DNA from: Dehalococcoidia bacterium
GTDB lineage: Bacteria; Chloroflexota; Dehalococcoidia; Bin125
Assembly: GCA_963555985.3 (NCBI GenBank)
Contig: OY820591.1
Location: 1,856,001 to 1,920,000 of the forward strand
Reading direction: 5' to 3'
Length of the DNA: 64,000 nucleotides
The position numbers were made by a program, and so were the translations under genes. This document shows positions 29,901 to 38,049 of this stretch, piece after piece. Under the pieces are notes generated by a model, which saw only the letters and a list, made by a program, of their open reading frames with translations, was not told where the DNA came from and did no database searches. Every line of letters begins with the position of its first letter. The first letter of the stretch is position 1.

Positions 29901-30425
29901 GGAAGCACACTCGGCGGTGAGTTGGTTGCGATTTGCGGTCAAGGCTTGGCTGAAGGAGCGACCGCAGTCGTGAGTTCGTGGGGCGAGCCCGACGTGTGGT
30001 TCGGCGGCGTCAGTGCGGCGGTGGCCTCGTGGACGGATTCGTGCGTCATGGTGCGAGCGCCGTCGTGGCCGCTCAAACTGTCGGAGGCAGGCACCGTGGA
30101 TGTCGCGCTGCGCCGCTCGGACGGGCGCGTCGCGGTCGTCCAACTCGGCTATCGCTATGCGCCGGGGCAATTGGCGCGGCTCTCGCCGGGCTGGAACCTG
30201 ACGACTTGGTCAGGTCCTGAGATCCGGGTCGAAGACGCGCTTGGAGCATTGGCCGAGCGGGTCCGCCGCGTCTATGCCTGGGATAGCTGGGCGCGCGAGT
30301 GGCGATTGTTCAGCCGCGAGCTCATGCCCGAGCTGATCACGTTGCACTGGCTCTCACCGCAGATGTCGCTGTGGATCCTGCTCGACGGCGATGAGGACGC
30401 GATCTGGGAGCAGCCCACCGGCTAA
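26952..30425 (+). CDS. Secreted S8 (subtilisin-like) peptidase with beta-helix, IPT/TIG and C-terminal accessory domain
   Basis: VAVISNG, DEGTAMIEIIHDLAPGA, TAAGN, YSSRGP, KPELAA, GSSAAAPHVA; D.GP.SLREAI plus parallel beta-helix repeats; PTIESIDP..G...GG (IPT). Confidence 0.85.
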   Translation: MRNWGLLAIGVVLIVTTGAVRAAETPKPLAHVSVRAAIDQDVADFADRLRSLDMDVELALPELGRWQGWIAHERLEALRSAPGVLDVARPRYGVFAAGTVNSEGDDALGAAAARVAFDVDGSGVRVAVISNGVSGLEAAQTAGDAPAGVKAYAFGSGNLAGGDEGTAMIEIIHDLAPGAELSFGAVATDLDHIAAVNWFAARVDVIVDDVSFFYPADQASEVSLNTTRALEHPDWPLRAYVTAAGNWAERHWSGEFVAGIDGARLGLPDAGPVHQFGGSALNGHGNAFSLDADERVTIALHWDDVWERSTNDYQLYLLDESGSVVASSRDSQGIDTFLPQEVLQFQNGGAPARYAVVIQNWRGAAEPRRLDLFAIDHLARGGTPLRLETRTAAGSLLAQSDALHAITVGAALQDDSDIAPYSSRGPTWNGAQKPELAAIDGVTVSAATTFRPRFSGSSAAAPHVAAAAALLLEAQPALLARDGGDALLERRLLREFLFSTARDIGDLGIDTASGHGVLNALLAVRAADRRVIVVRSTADRGPDSLREAIERANAGEADAILFSDEAADRVIQLESALPAVTAPGVVIDGSGWAIDAGATERGIELIGDGIELWGIRVLGAGEVGVWIEGDGVSLVRVVADGNGAHSLWGGGAGVWLESAASIVLRDVEIIRNWGDGLVIENGSSAVVEESWIGVERGSDETAEPTSNMGYGIRVAPAAGDVRIGPRARPQPIFEAELVDPLGILTTTLSGRSDVAHTIRGWVTVDGVPASAGTLVTAYLDRAPAAVVATDEWGRFTATVSGPGRQIRFAVGGVALDDSVPFSAATETEVSLRAASAGRRAAASVSGGNVIAGNALGGVHIGADGVGAREVWGNMSWGQREPVSGGGPPPSLSWLTWRGDAASLGGRAEGATRVDLYAGTQGGPRRYIGSADVYEGRFALERVIAGQFDQFSAFAFDHETRVSGESAVLHGANAPTIESIDPVVGSTLGGELVAICGQGLAEGATAVVSSWGEPDVWFGGVSAAVASWTDSCVMVRAPSWPLKLSEAGTVDVALRRSDGRVAVVQLGYRYAPGQLARLSPGWNLTTWSGPEIRVEDALGALAERVRRVYAWDSWAREWRLFSRELMPELITLHWLSPQMSLWILLDGDEDAIWEQPTG

Positions 30426-30487
30426 ACGGCATCGATCGTATCAATCGCTATGATCCGAGCACATACACAGTTCGAGAGGATTCAGAC

Positions 30488-31327
30488 GTGGTGACGATCA
30501 CGAAACACGAGGACCCCAAGGCCGGCGTCGATCTGGGCACGGCAGAGGTGCTGATCGACGAGACGGCGTTGTCCGACTACTTCGAGGGCCTGGAGTTGGA
30601 GCGGCCTGCCGAACTGGGCTCAGCGCCGTCCATGCTCGCGGCCAATGCCGACCTCTCCACGCGAATGCACTTCGCCAACGACTTCGGCAATCTCTGGCTG
30701 CGCCAGGAGTGGGACTTCCGCCAGCCGCTCCGCCCGGGTGTGCAGTACTCCGCCTCCGCGAAATCCCTCGACATCTACGAGCGCCGCGATCGCACCGTGA
30801 TTCTGACTGAGACCGTGCTCAAAGACCCCGACGGCGACATCGCGGTCGTGCAGCGCCACCACCAGTCGTTCGTGCTCTACCAGAGCGAAGGCCAGGTCAC
30901 GCTGCGCGACCCCTCGAAAAAGGAAGGCGCGCGCAGCTACTCGCTGCCGGAGGGCGAAGCGTTCGGCCCGCTCGTGCGCACGATCTCGCTGGAGATGTGC
31001 GGCTCCTTCTTCCACGGCAACAAGAACTACCACACCGACAAAGAGGCCTCGGAAGAGCTCGGTTTCACCGATGTCGTCGTGGGCGGCAAGATGACCATGT
31101 CGCTGCTCGGCGAACTGCTCGATCAGCGCTTCGGCGACGCCTGGAAGTCGTCCGGCAAGCTCCTGGTCAAGTTCGCCAACATCGTCTGGCCGAACGAGAC
31201 CGTCTCGGTCAAAGGCGTGCTCCAGGGCGCGAACGAGGACGACCCGGAGCGCCGCAACATCGCCTGCTGGGTCGAAAAAGACAACGGCACAATCGCCGTC
31301 GTCGCCGAGGGCAGCCTCAAGCTCTAG
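30488..31327 (+). CDS. Double hot-dog MaoC-like dehydratase
   Basis: NYHTD...A.ELGF..VVVGG motif and two hot-dog-sized halves. Confidence 0.75.
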   Translation: MVTITKHEDPKAGVDLGTAEVLIDETALSDYFEGLELERPAELGSAPSMLAANADLSTRMHFANDFGNLWLRQEWDFRQPLRPGVQYSASAKSLDIYERRDRTVILTETVLKDPDGDIAVVQRHHQSFVLYQSEGQVTLRDPSKKEGARSYSLPEGEAFGPLVRTISLEMCGSFFHGNKNYHTDKEASEELGFTDVVVGGKMTMSLLGELLDQRFGDAWKSSGKLLVKFANIVWPNETVSVKGVLQGANEDDPERRNIACWVEKDNGTIAVVAEGSLKL

Positions 31328-31334
31328 TAGCGCT

Positions 31335-31601
31335 ATGGCGACCGTCTACATCCCGATCGGCATGAGATCGCTCACTGGAGGTGAGCGAGTCGTACACGCA
31401 TCGGGTCGCACGGTCGCCGAAGTCGTGGACGACCTCGAAGCGAGCTACCCCGGCTTCCACGAGACGCTCGTGGAGGGCGGGCGTCTACGTCGCGGATTGA
31501 CGATCGCCGTGAACAGCGTCGAGCAGCCGCTAGGTCTGTTGGCCAAGGTGCCGGAAAACGCGGAAGTCCACATCCTCCCCGCAATGGCCGGCGGCGCTTG
31601 A
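31335..31601 (+). CDS. MoaD/ThiS family sulfur carrier protein
   Basis: TVAEVV..LE..YPG, IAVN and C-terminal ILPAMAGGA. Confidence 0.85.
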   Translation: MATVYIPIGMRSLTGGERVVHASGRTVAEVVDDLEASYPGFHETLVEGGRLRRGLTIAVNSVEQPLGLLAKVPENAEVHILPAMAGGA

Positions 31602-31875
31602 CATGAAGGCTGGGATCCCCTAGGGTGGATGCGATCCAGCCAAACGTGACGGTTTGGAGCCAGACTCGGAGGGAGTGACGAATGGAAAGACCGCTCGCCT
31701 CCGCGCTCAGTATCACAAAACTCCTGATGTATAGCACCTTACAGATCATGTGTCGAACAGAACAAGCGCCGATGTTTGCAAGGATGAAGAGCCAAGTTAG
31801 TTACGCCTTGCTACTTGAGAGAGTGGCCGGGTCTCGGCTCTGTCCTACACGCTCCATCGAGTAACTGCCTGTTCT

Positions 31876-32010
31876 TCCTGATCTGTGAGGCGCTGCCTTC
31901 AAGGGTCGAGCGCGGAAGGTGAGCTGCCTGGCGGCGTAGCGTCGTCGGGTTGGCGGACGCCAGCGTGAGTCTCTGGTGTGCCCACCGTCAGGAGCGTGGC
32001 ACGACTCCTG
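31876..32010. ncRNA. Candidate structured RNA / leader element, family not recognised
   Basis: Several nested complementary segments in a ~500-bp intergenic region (see findings); no family match recognised. Confidence 0.25.
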
Positions 32011-32105
32011 CCTACTGAACCGCCAAATGTGCCAGAAGTCGGAGAAGGGCGCAGCCCCGATTTTCTAAGAACGTTTGCGCACCTGACCTAGGAGAGGAAC
32101 TTCCC

Positions 32106-33488
32106 ATGGTCAACCTGAACACGAGCGCCGTGCCAGAGTGCAGCGGCGACAAGGTCCACCTCGTCGTGGATGCGAACAGCATCTTCCTCAGCCAGAAGCA
32201 GCTGCTCGGACACGAACCAAGACGAAACGATAGGATCGACTTCGCGCGCGTCGCCAATCTGGTCGCGCAGCGTTCGTCGGATGCTCTTGACGCCGACTAT
32301 CTGGACCTCGAACGCGGCGGCAGTGCCGAGTCGAATCCGTTCTATTTCAGGCTGCGTCAGATCGGCTTCCGCTTAGGGCTAACACCCCGCTCTGATGGGG
32401 TAGCGCCGGACTGGCGGGTGAATCTGGACCGCGTACTCGCACGGTTCGCCGAGCTTCGGACATGTAGCTGTGACGTGTACTACGTTGCTGGTCGCATGCG
32501 CGACGAGGTCCAGACCGCCCTGCTTGATCTGGCCGAGCAAGGGCGCGATGTCTGGCTGATGCTGCTCGGCCGAGACTCCGGTCTTCAGTCCTACGAACTC
32601 GACCAGTTCGCCGACGTGATCGACCTCGTTGAGATCCGGGCTGCTGGACGGCACTACTACCAAGGCGTGTCCGAGCCTCCGCGGGCCGAGCCAGAACCTG
32701 ATGGTCCGTCCTCCGTCTCGGATGTCACATCGACAGATGGCGACCGGCTTGGAGCGATCGGGTATGCCCTCGCTCAGCAGGCACCTGAGATTCTGGAAGC
32801 GCCCGAGTCCGATCCCGAAAGCGAGATCGAACCCTTGGCGGCGCGAGAGCCAGAGCTGATTGAGGTGCCAACCCGGTATCTCAACAACGAACGGGAGCCG
32901 TGGCTGCTCGCCATCGATGTCGAGAACACCGACGGAGTCCTGTATGAGATCCTCGGCGGCCGCGAGTTGAACCAAGAAACGCGCATTCAGTGGGACCGGT
33001 TGCGGGAATGGGTTGACGCCCAGGAGGACATTGAGTCCGCGCTCGTCATCCCGGTCCTGCAGTCCACTTCACCGGGTGTCGCGGGGTTCGCCTCCTACCT
33101 CGCAGGTCTTGGCTTTCGTCCGCTACTGCTCGAGCCTGAGCCCGATTGCAAAGTCGTGGACGAGGCGATCATAAAGCTGCTGGATTCGATGCAGACCCGC
33201 ACTGGCAACGTGATGCTGGTCAGCAACGACGGCGACTTCTTCGAGGAGTTGCACAGGCTCCAGGACCATCCTGATGGTACTGAGCGACGGATCGTTGTCG
33301 CTGGCTTTGTCGACCGGATGAGCCAGAAGTATCGGAAGGCTGACTGGATCGATGTTCTGGATCTCCAGCGCGACCTCGACCTCTTTCTCCACCAGCTACC
33401 CAATCGGTATCTGCCAATCCGTCTGGGTGACTTCGACGCTCCTGCGTTGTTGGACGAAAGCGGATTGTTCGCAGAGGAGGCTACGTAG
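32106..33488 (+). CDS. Tandem NYN/LabA-like (PIN-fold) domain protein; C-terminal domain keeps acidic catalytic residues
   Basis: N-domain LVVDANSI; C-domain AIDVENTD...KVVDEAI...SNDGDF...LDLQRD; acidic/Pro linker. Confidence 0.8.
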   Translation: MVNLNTSAVPECSGDKVHLVVDANSIFLSQKQLLGHEPRRNDRIDFARVANLVAQRSSDALDADYLDLERGGSAESNPFYFRLRQIGFRLGLTPRSDGVAPDWRVNLDRVLARFAELRTCSCDVYYVAGRMRDEVQTALLDLAEQGRDVWLMLLGRDSGLQSYELDQFADVIDLVEIRAAGRHYYQGVSEPPRAEPEPDGPSSVSDVTSTDGDRLGAIGYALAQQAPEILEAPESDPESEIEPLAAREPELIEVPTRYLNNEREPWLLAIDVENTDGVLYEILGGRELNQETRIQWDRLREWVDAQEDIESALVIPVLQSTSPGVAGFASYLAGLGFRPLLLEPEPDCKVVDEAIIKLLDSMQTRTGNVMLVSNDGDFFEELHRLQDHPDGTERRIVVAGFVDRMSQKYRKADWIDVLDLQRDLDLFLHQLPNRYLPIRLGDFDAPALLDESGLFAEEAT

Positions 33489-33499
33489 GCTCGCCGACC

Positions 33500-33531
33500 G
33501 GGGTGGGCCGGAGTGAAATCCGGCCCGCCCC
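33500..33531. terminator. GC-rich hairpin downstream of the NYN gene, possible terminator
   Basis: GGGGTGGGCCGGA-GTGAAA-TCCGGCCCGCCCC; no clear U-tract. Confidence 0.5.
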
Positions 33532-33590
33532 TTGGCGTGCCTGCGGATATCCTGTGCGCATCATGCCCCTGCAGTCGAGAGGACGCCCCG

Positions 33591-35879
33591 ATGACCACCG
33601 AAACCAAACCTGACTACAACGTCGTCGGTACCCGGCCCCTGCGACCCGATGGCGTCGACAAGGTCACCGGACGCGCCCGCTATGGCGCCGACATCGCCCT
33701 GCCCGGAATGCTCTACGGACGAGTCAAGCGCTCCCCCCACGCCCACGCGCGGATCGTCTCGATTGATACCTCCAAAGCGGAAGCGCTGGACGGCGTCAAG
33801 TGCGTGATCACCCACGCCAATCTGCCCGGCGCAACCGATGAGGTTGTCGATTTCGGCGAGTCGGTCTCGCCCTACAAGTGGGTGCTCGAAAATGTCCTGG
33901 CCTCGGACAAGGCGCTCTATCAAGGCCACGCGGTCGCGGCGCTCTGCGCGACCGACCCGCACATCGCCGAGGACGCGCTCGACCTGATCGAGATCGAGTA
34001 CGAAGTCCTCCCGCCCGTGCTCTCAGTCCACGACGCGATGGCCGACGGCGCGCCGCTCCTGCATCCGGGCATGAAGACAGTCGAAATGGTCGCGCGTTTC
34101 ATCCCGGGCGAGGGTCGCGGCGAGCAGGAGACCAACATCGCCTCACAGCTCGAATTCGAGCAGGGCGATCCGCAGCAAGGCTTCGCCGAGGCCGACTTGA
34201 TCCTCGAGGGCGAATTCGAGACCGCAGCCGCCCATCAGGGCTACATCGAGCCACAGAACGGTACCGCCCACTGGAACTCCGACGGCACCCTGACTGTCTG
34301 GGTCTCCACCCAGGGACCGTTCGCGGTGCGAGCCACCGTCGCGCGGATGCTGGGCATCCCCCTGGCCCGCGTCAAGGTCGTGCCCATGGAGATCGGCGGC
34401 GGTTTCGGCGGCAAACTGCCCGCCTACATGGAACCGAGCGCCGCGATCATGTCCAAGCTCACCGGCCGCCCGGTCAAGATGTACATGAACCGCGAAGAGG
34501 TCCTGATCGGTACCGGCCCCACCTCAGCGACCTACGTCCGCTGCCGGATCGGGGCCAAGAACGACGGCACGATCACCGCAGTCGAGGCGACGCTGGCATA
34601 CGAGGCGGGCGCCTTCCCCGGCTCGCCCGTCGGCGCCGGCGCGACCTGCATGTTGTCCTCCTACGACATACCCAACCTCTACATCAACGCCCTCGACGTC
34701 GTCACCAACAAGCCCAAGTGCCAGGCCTACCGCGCGCCCGGATCGCCGCAGGGCACGTTCGCGGTCGAGTCGCTGATCGATCAGCTCGCCGAACGCCTGG
34801 AACGCGACCCGATGGAGCTGCGCGCGCAGAACACCGCACGCGAGGGTACCCGCCGCGCCGACGGTGTGGTCATGCCCCGGATCGGCGCCGAAGAGACGAT
34901 GGATGCGGCGATGGACTCGCCCCACTACCGCTCCGAGATCAGCGCGGACGAAGAAGGCCGCCTGGTCGGACGCGGCGTCTCGATGGGTTTCTGGACCAAC
35001 GGCGGCATGGAGTCCGCCGCCTACGCCGCGCTCAACGAAGACGGCACCGTCAACCTCTCCGTCGGCTCGGTCGACATCGGCGGCCAACGCGCCGGACTAG
35101 CCATGCAGTTCGCCGAGACCCTCGGCATCGACTACGACCTCGTGCGTCCCCAGGTCGTCGACACCGACTCAATCGGCTTCACCCACGTGACCGGCGGCTC
35201 GCGCGTCGCCTACGCGACCGGAATCGCCGTCCACGAGGCCGCCCTCGACGCCCGCCGCCAGATGGAGGAGCGCGCAGCGCTGCTCTGGCAAGTGGACGCC
35301 GACTCCGTGAGCTACGAGAACGGGATCGTGCGCGGACCGGAAGGCCGCGAGCTGACGTTCGCCGAACTCTGCAAGCAGATGCCCGGCAGCGGCGGCATGA
35401 TCCAGGGCCGCGCCGACGTGCTGCCCACCCGCCCCGGCCCCGCCTACGGCTGCCACATCGTGGACGTGGCCGTCGATCCCGACACCGGCAAGGTGGACAT
35501 CCTGCGCTACTCGGCTGTCCAGGACGTGGGCACGGCGATTCATCCCGCTTATGTCGAGGGGCAAGTCCAGGGCGGCGTCGCCCAAGGCGCGGGCATGGCC
35601 CTGACCGAGGAATACGTCTACTCGTCCGAAGGCCGCATGACCAACGCCAGCCTGCTCGACTACCGCATGCCCACCGCGCTCGACCTGCCCGAGATCGAGA
35701 CGATCCTGGTCGAAGTCCCCAATCCCGGTCACCCCTACGGCGTCCGCGGCGTCGGCGAAGTCCCCATCGTCCCGCCCCTCGCCGCCATCGCCAACGCCAT
35801 CTACGACGCCACCGGCATTCGCATGAACTCCCTCCCCGCCAGCCCCACCAAGCTGCTGGATCGGCTGCTGGAGGAGTAA
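33591..35879 (+). CDS. Xanthine dehydrogenase/CoxL family molybdopterin-binding subunit
   Basis: DKVTGRARY..D, IGGGFGGK, AYRAPG, EGQVQGG..QG and RGVGEVP. Confidence 0.93.
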   Translation: MTTETKPDYNVVGTRPLRPDGVDKVTGRARYGADIALPGMLYGRVKRSPHAHARIVSIDTSKAEALDGVKCVITHANLPGATDEVVDFGESVSPYKWVLENVLASDKALYQGHAVAALCATDPHIAEDALDLIEIEYEVLPPVLSVHDAMADGAPLLHPGMKTVEMVARFIPGEGRGEQETNIASQLEFEQGDPQQGFAEADLILEGEFETAAAHQGYIEPQNGTAHWNSDGTLTVWVSTQGPFAVRATVARMLGIPLARVKVVPMEIGGGFGGKLPAYMEPSAAIMSKLTGRPVKMYMNREEVLIGTGPTSATYVRCRIGAKNDGTITAVEATLAYEAGAFPGSPVGAGATCMLSSYDIPNLYINALDVVTNKPKCQAYRAPGSPQGTFAVESLIDQLAERLERDPMELRAQNTAREGTRRADGVVMPRIGAEETMDAAMDSPHYRSEISADEEGRLVGRGVSMGFWTNGGMESAAYAALNEDGTVNLSVGSVDIGGQRAGLAMQFAETLGIDYDLVRPQVVDTDSIGFTHVTGGSRVAYATGIAVHEAALDARRQMEERAALLWQVDADSVSYENGIVRGPEGRELTFAELCKQMPGSGGMIQGRADVLPTRPGPAYGCHIVDVAVDPDTGKVDILRYSAVQDVGTAIHPAYVEGQVQGGVAQGAGMALTEEYVYSSEGRMTNASLLDYRMPTALDLPEIETILVEVPNPGHPYGVRGVGEVPIVPPLAAIANAIYDATGIRMNSLPASPTKLLDRLLEE

Positions 35880-35944
35880 AGCGGGGAGGCGAAACCATGC
35901 CGCCTGAACCGAACTAGGATTGACGAGAGGGAGTTGCGAGGCCT

Positions 35945-36256
35945 ATGGCTCTCATCAACATCCAGCGCTTCCGTGACGTTTTGATCAGGTCTGGTGTGGC
36001 CGAGGAAGCGCCCGCATTGGAGGTGTCAGTCGGGCTCGACAACGAGTTGACCGACTTTGCAGACGGTCTGGCGACCAAGCAGGACCTCCGTCTGCTATCC
36101 GCTGAGATGAGAGAATTTGCGGCAGAGATGCGGCAACTCTTCGCCGAGCAGGAAGCCCGTCATCAGCAGCAGCTCAATCGGCTCGCCGCCCTCATGCTCG
36201 CCGGCTCCGCCCTCATCGCCACCGTCACCGGCATCCTCGTCGCCGTCTTCGGCTAG
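35945..36256 (+). CDS. DUF1640/CCDC90-like membrane-anchored coiled-coil protein
   Basis: Helical head, LATKQDL neck, coiled coil and C-terminal TM helix. Confidence 0.7.
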   Translation: MALINIQRFRDVLIRSGVAEEAPALEVSVGLDNELTDFADGLATKQDLRLLSAEMREFAAEMRQLFAEQEARHQQQLNRLAALMLAGSALIATVTGILVAVFG

Positions 36257-36320
36257 GGGCCTACGCACGCAGATCGAGGATGTCTCCCAAGAAGCTCTGG
36301 CCAATCGCTTGATCTCCGCC

Positions 36321-36600
36321 TCGCAACGCAGTACATTCGTACTGTATGCGATCAGCCGCGATGCGAGGCCCGTCATGTCCGCCGTTCTGCCTCTCCAGCC
36401 TGTAAACCCGCCCTATCCAAACGGCTCCCCACACCTTCCAACACGCGCACAAAATCTGCGTCAGGCTGACAAAACCAGCGCCGAACTGACCAAAACTAAC
36501 CATCCTGAACACACGATCTCCCATAAAACACTGCAATTCCACACGCTGCTCAGCGCTAGAAAGAGAATTTCCCGCAAACTATCCACCCGCCCGCCCGCAC
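36321..36600 (+). repeat. Dispersed ~300-bp promoter + 10-nt-period element, copy A (divergent)
   Basis: Palindrome CAGTAC-ATTC-GTACTG at 36329-36344, 10-nt-phased CTGAC/CTAAC/TGAAC units at ~36456-36510, and tail GAGAATTTCCCGCAAAC. Confidence 0.5.
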
Positions 36601-36666
36601 ACCCGCCGTCGTGTCCAATCCACGGCGTCGAGCAGCGTGACTAGGCCCAGGCGATAAGGCGCGAAT

Positions 36667-38049
36667 ATGCCCAAGAGTGATCTCCCCTTCGGCAGCGACT
36701 TCTCCCCCACCGACAAAGACCTTGGCCATCTACTCGAGCTCGCTGACGAGTGCGGGTCGGATTGGCGCGAGTTCGAGCGCCGCGTCCGTGCCGCATACAC
36801 GGAGGACAAGAACACATCCGACAGCAACAAGAACAAGCTGTCTAACAACACCAAGCTCGGAATGCGCTCGTACGGCCTGATCGGGCCGGATGATGCAACC
36901 CTCACCGAGCTCGGCGAGCGGCTACTCGCTCTGCGAGACAAGCCTGAGCAGATGTACGAGGAGTTCGCACGGCACATCCTCGTCAATCGCAAGGGGTTGA
37001 CGCTGACTCAGTGCATCCGCGACATGACCACGGCAGGTGAAGAAGTGACCGGCGTCACGATTCGGCGCGAGCTAGAGGAGCGCGGCGTGTACGTCCCGGT
37101 GAACTCGCGCAACCACTTCACCATGCGCCTCTGGCTCGCAAAAGCAGGTGTGTTCAGCAAGGACTTCCGCCTGAACGAATCACGCCTCGAAGAGATTCTC
37201 GGCACGACGATCGAGAGTGTCGACGCACTCGCGCAACTGACACCCGAACAACGCGCTTACCTGCGCACCATCGCCAGCATCGACACGGACGCGCCTCAAT
37301 GGTCGAACGACCTCGCCAAACTCGCCGCGGCCGCGCACGGAGTCGACTTCAGGGACCAGGGCATCCCCAAGCTCGTCCTCTATCCGCTCAAAGAGGCTGG
37401 CTTCATCACTCTCGAACGCGGAACGAAGCAACCCGGCAGAGGCGCAAAGCCGTTCCTCGTGAAGCCCACTGACCGCGTGCGGACCGAGCTGGTGGAACCG
37501 CTGCTCAAACAGATCGACGAGCAAGTGCTGCCCGATCTCCGTCCCTGGCTGCGGCGACCGCTCTCGGAAATTCGAGCCGACATCAACTCGGACGATCGGC
37601 ACGTGCGCGGTCTGGCGCTGGAGGCGCTGGCTTTCAAGCTGATGCGCTTGGTCAACCTCGATTACGTGACAACCCGATTGCGAGGCTCTCAAACGGGCGG
37701 GGCAGAAGTCGACTTGATCTTCGAGAGCACCCGGCTGCTGTTCAATCGCTGGCAGGTGCAGTGCAAGAACACCAGGCGTGTATCCCTTGACGATGTGGCC
37801 AAAGAGGTCGGCTTGACGCACATGCTCAAGAGCAACGCCATCGTCATGCTCACGACTGGCGATGTTGGACGCGAAGCGCGCCGCTACGCGGCGGAAGTCA
37901 TGCGAACGTCCAATCTCTGCATAATGATGGTGGACGGCGCTGATCTCCGCAGCATCGAGGCCAATCCGGCAAGCTTGGTAGATATTCTGACCCGAGAGGC
38001 CAGGAACGCCATGCAGGTGAAGACGCTCCAGCTGGACGGCGGCAACTGA
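36667..38049 (+). CDS. Restriction endonuclease with C-terminal Mrr-like catalytic domain
   Basis: RGLALEAL...GGAEVDL...WQVQCKN (PD-QxK); its stop overlaps the MTase start (TGATG). Confidence 0.8.
   Translation: MPKSDLPFGSDFSPTDKDLGHLLELADECGSDWREFERRVRAAYTEDKNTSDSNKNKLSNNTKLGMRSYGLIGPDDATLTELGERLLALRDKPEQMYEEFARHILVNRKGLTLTQCIRDMTTAGEEVTGVTIRRELEERGVYVPVNSRNHFTMRLWLAKAGVFSKDFRLNESRLEEILGTTIESVDALAQLTPEQRAYLRTIASIDTDAPQWSNDLAKLAAAAHGVDFRDQGIPKLVLYPLKEAGFITLERGTKQPGRGAKPFLVKPTDRVRTELVEPLLKQIDEQVLPDLRPWLRRPLSEIRADINSDDRHVRGLALEALAFKLMRLVNLDYVTTRLRGSQTGGAEVDLIFESTRLLFNRWQVQCKNTRRVSLDDVAKEVGLTHMLKSNAIVMLTTGDVGREARRYAAEVMRTSNLCIMMVDGADLRSIEANPASLVDILTREARNAMQVKTLQLDGGN

Noticed and set aside
31876-32010. 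SRP RNA or 6S RNA
   Set aside because: The SRP domain IV motif does not pair correctly, and the length and shape do not fit a 6S long hairpin; kept only as an unnamed candidate.
33591-35879. Aerobic CO dehydrogenase large subunit (coxL form I)
   Set aside because: The active-site loop is AYRAPG, not AYxCSFR.
33878-35917. Long alternative-frame and antisense ORFs (e.g. 679 aa here; 1400-2668; 51486-52946; 56192-57544)
   Set aside because: Shadow ORFs expected in high-GC DNA. They overlap well-supported genes and are R/P/G-rich without motifs.
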